The notes under the pieces: model-generated
What the model saw: only the letters and a program-made list of their open reading frames with translations
Told to the model about the DNA's origin: nothing
Database searches by the model: none
Made by a program: the position numbers and the translations under genes
Part shown: positions 40,287-52,600 of the stretch, in pieces
Layout: every line of letters starts with the position of its first letter
Position numbering within the stretch: position 1 is the first letter of the stretch
From: Trichoplax sp. H2
Taxonomy: Eukaryota
Assembly (NCBI GenBank): GCA_003344405.1
Contig: NOWV01000106.1
Span: 1 to 64,000, forward strand
Direction of reading: 5' to 3'
DNA: 64,000 bases

Positions 40287-41433
40287 ATAGGTCTGGTCTG
40301 CTTTTCCTGAATTAAATATCTATAATCCATAAACTAAAAAGTTTTACGATGTTATAATCGTATCTATCTGTATTATTTGTTATGATTTTAATTTATACAC
40401 ACTGGAGTCCTATCGCTAAAAGTTGTACAGACAAAAATAGTGTCTTGTACAGTTGAATGTAAGTATATGACCCAGTTGAAACATTCATATCTACCCCTAC
40501 CAGTCCTACTGTATATTTAAGGGTTTTCATACGTTACATAATTCCTACTATTGTTATTGACAAAATCGTTAGGAAGTACTGTATATATACTGGAAACGGA
40601 AAAGAAGGATAAAGAATTTTAGTAAAGTATAAATATGTATGCGCATATATATATAATGTGATTTGGAATCTACTTCCCTAAATTAAAAATAACAAATGAC
40701 CAAAATCGATGGATATTGTATTCGTTATATATATATATTTAAAATTTTACCATTACCGTAATATTTTTGTAAATTAACTTGATAACGGGTAGTTGCAACG
40801 ATGTAATTAACAAAAAGCTTGCAGTATGTAAGCGGCGTTTTACATATTAATTAAGCAATTCGAACGATGCAGCACATAATCCACTGTTTCGTACAATTTA
40901 TAACATATGTCGATACTTTGTTACAGAAATTTTGCTATCGTTATGAATTGTAATATCTTATTCGATACCTTCACTGATTTCAAATGTAAAAGTTAAGCCT
41001 AAATAATAAATTGTTTATTAACAACGTTTTTGTACACGGATTCTGAGCGAAGTATTTCAAACTTCGATAATCCAATAAAATTTTTCTGCTATTAGATAAA
41101 CCTCTATTTGTATAGCACTTTTAAGTTAAAGCCTCAATATTCAATAAAGAATCTTGAATACCACAATAAAAGTGACGATGAAAGTAAATAGTCAAGAATA
41201 GATCGTTACTTGCGGCTAAGTAAGCTCTAGCACTGACTGAATACAGATTGATAATTTAGATGCGAATGCCGACCTTGCAAGAATTTACACAACGTTACAT
41301 AGTACAATACTAAATATTGTGCAGTCTTAGTCATCAAGCTTTATAGGTAGTAGGATAGCTCAACTTGCCCACAATCAATAAATGTACTATATATAGCAGC
41401 ATAATTTGCAGATTAAAAATTTCTTGATAATCA

Positions 41434-43163
41434 TTAAACTTTTAAATTATAAACGTTTACTTTAGGAAGTATTTTCTTTATTGTCGTTGTTAACTGCGTA
41501 CCTGGACCAAATTCGTACCAATGATCACATTTAAATTTATCATATATTGATTTTATGCTCTGCTCCCACAAAACGGGCTTCGTAACTTGTTCTTGTAATA
41601 AACTTATAATTTCAGATACTGATCGATACTCACCTGCAGTCACATTTGAATAGACCTACCATAAGACGAAATGACATTAGCTCACGGGTTAGTTTATTGA
41701 CGATGGGATAATAAAGTCTATGCAAACGTTAAATTAGATCAGCAATTGCCACTAACATCGTATATAGGCATAGTAATCTCGACATTTTGCAGGGCTTCCT
41801 TAAGACTAGACTGAACCTCTGACATAGCGGGCGTATGAAAAGCACCACTGACCGGCAGCTGCCTTACCCTCTTGAAGCCAAGTTGGCGATAGTTATCTTT
41901 AATATGATGCAGTCCTCGGATGTCGCCAGCTAATACACAACAATCTGCAACAATTGTAAACCAATTATTTATTCAAGTTTGTACTTTGGTACGCTAGTCA
42001 TCTATGTTTCGTTTAAATTATTAAAGCGTTTTCTTTTCGTCTGATTGCTAGTAATTCGAATGCTTATGCGACAAAACAATTATAATTGCAACATCTGTAG
42101 CTTTGGCTTACTATGAAATAATACATTGGCTACTTGCAAAATCCCGTCATCGCCCAAAATTTCCGAAGCAACTTTGTTACAAATTTGCTGATTCTGTTCT
42201 AAATCCAATCCTAAAGTTGTTAGCATGCCTGTCTTTCTACGATCTGACGCTCTTTGCATGCTCTCCGATCTATATTTTACGATCCTTATTGCTGTAATAG
42301 ATTATAATATTAAGGTTATTCATTGATAATTAGAGAGAGAGAGAGGTGATCTAAGTGTGATTGATTAGTGCTTGTAAGAAACGTTCTTGGTGGCACAAAT
42401 ACAAGCAAAAATATGTATACCCTACCATCTTCGAAAGATATTGCTCCAGCAACAACTAAAGCTGAAAATTCACCGACACTAAATCCAGCAGCTGCATTGC
42501 ATCCTTCAAGTAGCTATGTAATAAGAACATACAGACTTCATGAATAACGTACACTACCACGAATGGAACATATTACAATAATATTACAACGAGTACGTGT
42601 ATATACGCGTATTGATTAAACAACGACTATTAATCCTGGCTATAGCTACTGGAATGAAATTAATAGCAACTTCTAGAATTTACAGTAACTAAGAATATTC
42701 TAAATTAACTCATGATGTCCCTTACTTTCCTACTTACTAAACTGATTAAAAATGCTTCAGTATGTGAAATAATATCACCTACAATAAGTTGTCAACATAC
42801 TTCAGGTCTATCCTGACGTAGAACTTCGTAGGCAGCCAAAGAAGCAACAACAACCGCTGGCTGGCAATAAATTGTACTGTCTAACATTGTTTTTGGGCCT
42901 TGGCTAGATAATTTCATAAGATCATAACCTAATACTTCTGATGCACGACGATATAAATCCTTGACAACATTTCTATGGCCTATATCGGTTGCCATACCCA
43001 CAAACTGGCTACCTTGACCAGGAAACAAGACAGCCACGCCATTTCCATCCTTAACTTGCTTCAGGCAGCTAGTGCAAAACCCAATTGAGTTATTAAAATA
43101 CACAGATCGTTGAAGTCGAGCTCTCCAAAGGAAACTACCGATTGAAATTTTCCTCATCATCAT
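41434..43163 (-). CDS. MCAT: Mitochondrial malonyl-CoA:ACP transacylase, 5 exons
   Basis: Arg-rich presequence-like N-terminus, then LFPGQGSQFVGM, QPAVVVAS, catalytic GFSVGE, LPVSGAFHT, VYSNVT, PVLWEQ and EFGPG. Confidence 0.95.
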
Positions 43164-44004
43164 CGAAATATTGGAATGGAGTAAGTGTACTGTTATCTTC
43201 GCTCGCTTTCTCCCTACTTTGCTCTTCCTCTTGGCGTCTGGAGATGAGGAGCTAGATCTGGCGTAAGTCAGACTTGTACTTGGACACTGCTCTATAGTGT
43301 ATGATCATAGACTTGCATGGTATTAGTTTGTGCTCTATACTGAATCAAGTATAGTTATACAGTAACTGTATGTGTTGTCAAAATGTTACTACAATATTCA
43401 TATGCAAACTGGCTGAAATTTTAAAAAATTTACGGTTCATCTAAATTTTCTATTTCTGTATTTGGCCGACTATAAAAGCAATCATTATTGACTGTCACTA
43501 AATTATTATGCTGTATAATTAGCGGTGCTTATGTAAGTGTAAATGTCCCTGAAATACACTGTACAGTGGAGTGAGTGTCGACTACTGTATACCAAGTGTT
43601 TGTGTAGTCAACCAGGGACTAATTTTAGTCCTAGAAGTAGCTATCCCAGGAGCTAGCAAAAAGATGGCAGAACTTTTTTTTAGCACCCTTGATCATAGGC
43701 AAGGACTACTAAAGAAAAGACCCTCTCTTATTTCTCCAGTAGTTCTTGCTCATAGTATATCTATCTGTATAGTGTACCAAGGGCCACTAGAATGAGCCTT
43801 TGCTTCCAGTCGTCCTTGATTGTCCACATATGATAAAGGACAATCTTGGAATTCTGTGGAAGTAAATCCTCACTAAACTCGATCATAGCTCTATTATCCT
43901 CCTCAAATAAAATTCTATATTGTACAATCTGTATACTCTCTATCCTGTAATAATATAGTATAGCTCATATGATTTAACCTAGTGGCTAATACTACTAAAA
44001 TTTC

Positions 44005-46050
44005 GGTACTGTAGACGTATTTATGAGCTTGATGTGAAATGCTTTGCATAATGCTAGCACAAAATAGAGGTTGTACATTTCAAGCTTGGAAAAATTCAAT
44101 TACTAGAATATTTAAAGATTACATTATATCATGTCATCTCACTTTAGTATAGCATTATTCACGTGCCATAGAGATACAGATATGAGTTGTATATCCATGA
44201 TTTTATTTAACGGTAGCCAAGATATGTACACTGTTTGAGCAAAATTGAATACTTGATGATAAATTGTTTATAGTTGTGCAACAGTACCTCAGCATTGATA
44301 TCATTTGCATGTTAGCAAGCAGTAAGTAAGCATCTAGGGCCTTGATATCAACGATTTTACATGATGCTATGTATAATACATATGCATTTTTTGTTGGATA
44401 AAATTGAATTCATTTAATATTTCATAATTCTACAGTATTCATTGGCATAGTTTAGCCTTGTTTTATTTCTATTGTACAGCATTGAAGTAGTTGAAGGTGC
44501 TAGCCCCTACATATCAAAACTCTATAGCAGATAGCAGACTATACCTATTTGTAGATGCAATGCATCTTAGATACAGTAAACTCAATTTGAACGACTTTAC
44601 GAGGATGATCCTATTCCCAACTATGATATATACACTTGCATTGGGTAAAAATTGAACTTATTGAATGTTTGATGGTCATGTTATGTTGTGCTATTTTAGC
44701 ATTAATGTATTTGTATACGTATATGCTCTATATCATCGGCTCTTACATGATCCTGACCAAGATACAGGATACACTTCTACAGTTCTGCAAGTAAAACTCA
44801 ATTTATTCGATATTTAACAAAGTGCTACTTTAGTACTGGATTATTTGCATACAGTACTTGTACTGTATATAGGCATATCAAGAAGTAGCTTAGTGATAAA
44901 TTATTAGACTTTCCAATTAAGATCGGCTACGATTGTTATTGTTTACGATCCTCGCGATGGAAATAAGTAAATAAGAAAATTTGCTAGTTTTCTAAAAGTA
45001 AGTCCTGAATCTGGAGATGTACAACATTGTATCCTATCTATTACTCAGTATAAACTCTAAATAAACGTTATTACTCAAATCCTTACTCGGACAAGATGCT
45101 TCGTTTACAAGGCATTCCAATTTAAATGAACATTTAATCATTATTGTTATGTTCTAGTCGTTTAGGGTTTAGATTCTTTCTCGACGGCATGCATGCACGT
45201 ATAAGCTGGATATGAACAGCATTTACTGTACATGACTACCAACCAAGATATGCTGTGTCATTTAACTTAGTAAGCATTTTATTTCATGATTGTATTATTA
45301 CGTTCTTCTACCTTCGTCTTGTAGTAGCTGACTACAGTACAGGTCTATCCATATTCACGTAGAGACTCTACGATATCAAGGGCAAAATACTTTTTACTGT
45401 ATATCGTAATTTAACTTATTGAACATTTTAATGGCTATGATTAGGCTGTTGTAGTAAGGTCGACGTATAAGCTCGATATCAATGGCTTTGCATGATACCA
45501 GCCAATTCTCAATGCTGTAAATGCTCTATTTTACGAGTAGATAGAACTCATTTTAAGCGTACAATAAATATTAGGAAGACTGCCGGCAACACGGCGGGTT
45601 CTTTTCGTATTCTCTCTCGTATGCTGTCATTTAAGTTACTGAATTCTTCAATGGCTACTGTACTTGCTTAACTTGTACACCATGCCGTACAAGAAGGACT
45701 TTGTTGTATTATATTGTCTAATAGTGAATATTATACAGTTGTTGTAGTTTGATATTTCTCCTATACCATAAAATGGAACTTATTTAAGTTAATATTTTAA
45801 TGACTATTATTACGTTATTCTACTTTAGTATTTCTCGTATGCAATTGTAGTCTTACTATACTTAACATTTTAATGACTATTACTACGTTGTTGTCCGTGA
45901 ATATTATGTTATTTATTTCTCTACAGTAGCAGTTTACACGTCGATCTATGCATGTAGAAGCTCGATATCAATCGCTTTACATGATGCCATCCAAACTAGG
46001 TCTAGCCAAACTGAATTGAAGCAACACATGATGATGATGATTAGGCATGT
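44005..46050. repeat. Degenerate tandem array, ~10 units at irregular spacing (mostly ~150-240 bp)
   Basis: Core CGTATAAGCTCGATATCAAnGnTTTACATGAT-like motif at ~44027, 44184, 44340, 44580, 44725, 45055, 45205, 45368, 45471 and 45960. It is usually followed by CCAAGATA and AAATTGAA...TTTTAATG...TTTAG elements. Confidence 0.75.
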
Positions 46051-46655
46051 AGGCTAGCCGACTGCAATATTGTAGGATGACGATGCATTAAAATCGTTCA
46101 TGATGCAATCTTCAACAGCACTAGGAATGAAGAAAAGCAAACCAATCGATCACGGGATTTGGCTCTTTTTTGTTGTTTCTTGTCTTGAATATTACATAAT
46201 TCTTGAACTGCAATCTTCCATGGCTGCATTGCCTCTCTAGCAATGTCCATTGGACACTCGTGAACGATTATTTACATTAGTAATTATCCATATGGATAGT
46301 TTTCATACTTGTACTCTGTAGGACATGGTCTACAACCGGTGGAGTTTAGCTAATCAAGTGTCCGCCTTGCCAACGTCCTTTCCGAGTTGGAGCCCACTGT
46401 CAACGTACTGGTACAAGACTGATTTGGTCAAGACTTTGTACTAGATCGAGGGTCATTCCAAGACGACTTAGTGTAGGAGTCAGTGGCACTTCGTTTAGCC
46501 AATTTTCAAAGGAATGAAGAAAATGTCGTTTAAATCAACATTGCTTGATTAAAATTTATGTTACTCCTAGAGCTCATCCATCTTCAATACGTTATCCACT
46601 GGAATCGTGAGAAAAGGAACAAATGAAGGGATAAATCTACAAGACAACATTAACG

Positions 46656-49600
46656 ATGGTTCGATACGACGAAGATTTATTTGATAATCCATTCTATAAA
46701 GCCATTGCTGGCAAGCCGGAGTTGTTGATCAAAGCAGTAGCACAAGATTGGATCGTAAGTTTACAACTTTAATTCGTTTCTCCTTCAATTTCTTACCTGT
46801 TAATGACTTATTCAAATGCTAAGCTGTAATAATAAATGGATTATGCCATCTATATAGCGACAATATGCATGATTTCTAGTTACGATACAAGTTGTCTATC
46901 TAGACTGACATATTTCAACAGCAATAGGACATTGAAAATGAACAACAACATGAGTCAATTTCATTGGATTATTGATTTATTTTACATGCTACTAAACTAG
47001 TCCAGCCTAAAGCGTTGATGTTATTCAATAGAATGATGATGGCATTTCTCTCCTACATGAGATATGTAGGAGATTTAAATGACTATCTTTCAATAGTTAT
47101 TTCATGCAATAGCGTAAAGCTAAATTGACCATGTTATTTCAACTTATTTTTTCCCTTCGTAGTAGAATTGCATCGAGGCAATCAAATCTTGTAATTATAT
47201 TTGCTAGAAGTGTTATCTTGGACTTTACATCCATACTTGAAAAATGATAACCAAAATGGCCCGTGAAAATATATCACATTTTTGGCACTGAACAGTAACT
47301 TACAATCTGCTACTTTATGGTTTTCACACCATTAGATTAGTGATCTAAAAAGTCATGAAGGATACAACTGTAGTTGAGTGTGGACAGTACAGTATATGTC
47401 GATAAACAGTCAGAGATGACCTAACAGAAACTGCCTTGACCCTGCTCAGTAATTTGCATCTGTAAGGCCATCAAGTTAACTTATAAATTCCTTGACTTGA
47501 TCCTGTAGAAGAATTTATCCACCTACTTGTTAGTAGGATTACTTGCTATTTCTAGATTGATCTTAAAACCAATAAAATGACGAAATGATCTGACAGAGAA
47601 TTCCGGTCTTCAATTTCTCATTTGTTTTTAAACGTGCAGTAGACGCATAGACCGTTACTTGTAAGAACGATTGTTGCTAATAATTCATTTTTTTTTACTT
47701 TAATCTTTAAAATAGTAAAAGGGGCTAAATTACCGAAAAAGAGTCATATTCTTGGGGATAAATTTCTCACTAGTTATATACTAGTACTCGTAAGGTCTTT
47801 TATGGCCAAGAACTACGGTAACTCTTTGACTTTTCAGACAGCATTAGCGGCAAACTTAGCTGACAATGATAGTCTTGTAAATCAATTTTTTACTGTGTAC
47901 AGTTGAACAGTAAGGACTCTTATTGCAATCAACTTTTGCAACTTCTTACTTTGGTCTTTCAAACAGTCAAAGCAAAAAATTAGCAGACAATTCCTGTCTT
48001 ACTGATGAATCCCTTGTTTATCGTATACCATGACTCGCAAAGGCTCTCGTTGTCAATAAATTAACTTTGACTACTCCATTTTTGGTTGATTATTCACCAC
48101 CCTATCTCATGGACTCTGTCATATTGCTGGATACTGCAGTATATTATGAGTGTATTTTCAAATATTCTTGTACCAATGTTCAGCAGTTAACATAAAATCA
48201 AGACGTGAAGGACTTGTACGCATCTTTTTCAATGCTAGTGAGCTTTATTGACAAGCCAATGGCATAAAAGATGCAAACCCAACTACAGTAGAATTGAACC
48301 ACTACTTCCGTTAACAACTATTTATATACTGTTAATTCCATTTTATTATTGCCCTAAAATTTATAACATAATAAACAACTACCAGCGTAATACTGTATAT
48401 GTTATACTGTATACTGAATTCTCTACCTTGTCAATATTTTTAAAGTGTGTACAACTTATTATTGGTTAATCTCATTAAATGATCATTATTCGTAGATCTG
48501 TGTACCACGTAAAGTAGTCGCTCAAAAACTCACTGCTGATGCAATCCATTTCGAAAATCACGTTCTATGTCCTATGAATACTTCTAGTGGAATCTATAAG
48601 ACTATGAGTAATAAGGTAATCATGTTATGATAGTAAATATCAATAAATGCAAATTTTGTAATTTTAAACTATGAATAATTCCATTATTAATTATTCAAAT
48701 ACATATTATCCAATTTTTTACTAATATCATCATTAAGGATAAATCATGTATAGGTAAAATTATGTAATAATTATCTTATGATTTTGCATCATTTCCATGT
48801 TGAAGTAACGCTCATAAAGTTTTTTCATAAAATATAGCATGTACTGGACATTATAGTATTTCCATATATTTCCATTTCCATATAGTATTTCCATGTACTG
48901 GACATCTTTCTCCTACACTAATGATTATAACGACATTATCAAATGCGATAGTACTACCTTAATTAAGTTTTCTTTCTCTATCATTATCCCTATCAACTGG
49001 TCTTAATGTGGGACATTAGGAAATATGTTGCTGATCCTAGTGTCTATTCAAAACTATAATTATCTCACTACTCGTATACGCTATTAGTCATCACTCCTTA
49101 CAAAATATAATTATAGCATTAGACTATATTAAAGTGTATAGTTCATTGAGATTCAATCTTTTAAAGCATTTACATTTACGATTACTATATAGCATTATAT
49201 ATCTTTATACTTTGATGTGTAATGCTCTGAATAGATTATCCAACAAACTTCAAATTCATTTTTTAACTCCTGATTGCTTCTATATCTGACCATGTAGCCG
49301 CTTTGTATTATCTTTTAAAACGAAATATACACGATCATTAACGACCTTTTTTCATGGCCTTCTTCCTTACCATTATACTTAGGTTGTTAAAATTGTTCAT
49401 GATGTGGTACGGACGGAAAAAGGATTCAAGGAAGATCGAAAGGTTATCTATTTGATTGAAAATAGTATTAACACGATTATTGATTTTTAAAAATTCGATC
49501 AAGGGATCGCCAAGACGGTATACCTTGTTCGTACGTTTACTTAAATTGAATATTCCTACATTTATAATAATTGCAATTTTAGGTTCAAATTTTATTCGAA

Positions 49601-52600
49601 GAAACTCACTACGATAGTAGTGAGAAAAGCTATAAAGTACTTTGCTTAGAGAAAGCTCTTGAAGGCGGAACGTGTAAGTTATTTCTTTAAAATTTAAGCA
49701 TGACACAAACTAATATTTATTATTTACGCTAAATTTAACACTATCTTTACAATTAAGGATATCTTATAAGATTATTCTTGACAATATTCAAATTTTAATA
49801 ATGTAGAAGTGTGTGTAATGTAATTTTGTGATATATGCTGCTAAGTTATCTCAGCATCCTTTCAGGAGACTTACTCGGTCATTGATTTTGCTGTCCACTC
49901 CGTACTTATAAAATAATAGTTATATTCATTTTATGAAATCAAATTGTTCTTTAAGCTAATGAAGAACTTTGCCCTACTTTACAATCTTGTGATGAATGCA
50001 ATCAGTTTCTTTGGAATGATCCAAGTAAGAGTATATTTATTGAACTATTATTACGTAGCTAACTATAAATTATCAAAAGTAAACTGTAATACTATACTAA
50101 AATAAGTAGGTTCTGTTGATTTAATACCTAGCTAGACGTCGAATAAAATGAAATTGGATTCTATTTTCTATTACTGAAGTTGTGTATTTGTTTATGATGC
50201 AGATAGTAGAAAATGTAAAGGGCTTATAGACGCTTTACTAGATAAATTTACAACAGAGTTAGATTCTAAACATGACAAACCTTTGAGAGTCCTTGTGGTA
50301 AGATCGTTATCTCGTAGAATAGATTAATTTAATGAAATGTACAGTAGTGAAATAAAAATCTGTATAGTATCTAATTGTATATTCACCATTGTATAGGACT
50401 CTATTAGCACTATTTTTACGAAATCTGTACAAATTATAATGAAAGATACGCTATTGCCACTGGTATGATGAAATCCTCAATATTTATGATGTTCAATACT
50501 AAATTTTTATGTAAAACCCTACGTAATGTTTTCATCACATACAGAGAAAATTAGCTAATGAAGACTTAATTATTATGGCAAATTTAAAGTTGGCTTTAGA
50601 GGTAAATCTACTTATGAAATCTATTATCTCATCTACGGCAGTAGTTTGTAACACTTGAATTTCAGGCTTTATACGTATTACCAGAGTAACCTAACTATAA
50701 AGCTGAATCTGTTTTCTAAATCATTTTCTGCAAAACTAACGTTGTACTATCATCTACTTTATTTTTATTAGACCTATATTTTAGATTTTCTATTCGATAA
50801 AATCTTTAAATTTATTTGCTGTTCGACAGAAATTGAGGTAAAAAATTTTTAATCAACCCTCTTCTTAGTCATATTTTAACAAAAATGAATCCTCTTACAT
50901 AACAGGATGTAAATTTTAATAAGCTAACAAGAAACTTAGGAAGCTTACCACTGAACGAAATTGGATTATCTCCTTCCATTCTGTTAGTTGATAATAAAAA
51001 TTGTATTACTTGATCGTAGCCATTTTGTTCTACAACTTATTTTGTTAACGTAATTGGCCCTATTTATGCAAAGAAAGAGTAATATAGCCTCGGCTACTAC
51101 ATTATTGCAAATTTTCTTGCTGTTATCTTTACTCACAGTTAATTTGTTATTACACCTTTTATAGTGCTATGACTGGTGAAGCATTACTACAAATAAATCT
51201 TATTAATAAAGTATGGCTTTATAATTTAAGAATCAAATTTTCTACTTACAGTGACAGGTGCTTACTAGTAAATCACTGCTGACATTACTTTTTATTGATG
51301 ATATTAGTGTCGCACACCGTTAGAAAAAATGTATTGCTTACATAAAACCCTCCAAGCTATTACAACTGCAGCTGGCAGCAATCGAGGTTTCGACATATTT
51401 ACGTATTAGCTAAATATCTTTTGACTTAGTAATATTAATTACTACTCTCTTTTATACTTTAGCGTTAACCACTGACGATTTGCTTCCTATCCTTGTAGCA
51501 GTTATGCTGAAGGCTGAAATACCGAATTGGTAATTTTGTAATATTCCAGCTGTAAGCTGGGAGACCCTGCTAATTAGTAATAACTAATCAACATAAATTT
51601 ATATCCATAGGATTGCCACTATCATTTATATTAAAAATTTTCACTTTTCAAATGCTATGGCAGTGGCTGACGAATTTGCGTAAGAAATAAAAATTATATG
51701 TATTCTTTTTACATTGTTATTGTATATTGAACAATTAATAGCGATATTGTTATTTAAGATCAAATATAATGCAATTGCCAAAGATTAGCAGTTGAGTTAC
51801 CAATTGCATCTTATTTTTGGACAAACAGATTTTGCGTAACATCTATTGAGGCAGCTATGGAACATATCCAAGGAGAATCTATCCGGACCAATCCTACCTG
51901 CAGTAATAATCTTGTACGTAACTATATCGCTTTCCGCTTGAATTATTGCTTGTATTCGATAATTTAATTATACGATTAATAAAACCGAAAAGGAGCCACC
52001 GAAACTAACTAGACTAAATTCAGATAGCAAGAGAGCTTTTGCAACCGATGAGGCACTCTTCGAGGTACGGATCAGTTTATTGCTAGTTGTCAAACTTGCT
52101 AAAGCAAATACTGTATTTAATTATATAATCCCTTCAAAATTATATAAAAAAGACTGTCCAATGTGGAGATACAAGTAAAGTTAAAACTTTACTGGAAGGT
52201 CCTACAAGTTGGAATATACTAGTAGATAAAATGTGTCACCCACTATGTCAGTGTCCAAAATGTGAAGAGCTACAGAAAAGGTACATTAGACTAAAACACA
52301 ATGACCACTAAAATTAGAAAGCAAGTAATAATATACGACTAGAGGTACTAAAAAATTTTTTATTATTAAGTTATGATTCAGATCCGTTAGCTGCTACAGT
52401 TCACTCACGGGATGATCGTGGTAATACTGTGTTGCACGTAGCATCGGAGAATGGTTAGTATTTTTGGTATTGATTGTCTTTGTTACATTATTCATACAAT
52501 CAAAGAAATATTATCCAAGAAAGTTGTATCTTTCAATTATGCATTGCTACTTCTTTCGGATAGGTCACGAGGACATGGTAGATCTGCTACTTAGTTTTGG

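Noticed and set aside
44005..46050. Selenoprotein or box C/D snoRNA interpretation of the array core (ACA-TGA / ATGATG)
   Set aside because: The reading frame is not preserved between units (TAA/TAG stops, indels), there is no consistent downstream CTGA box D, and no SECIS was recognised.
46322..46505. GC-richer block as a pseudogene exon
   Set aside because: Stops in all three + frames and no recognisable homology; at most a 5'-UTR exon.
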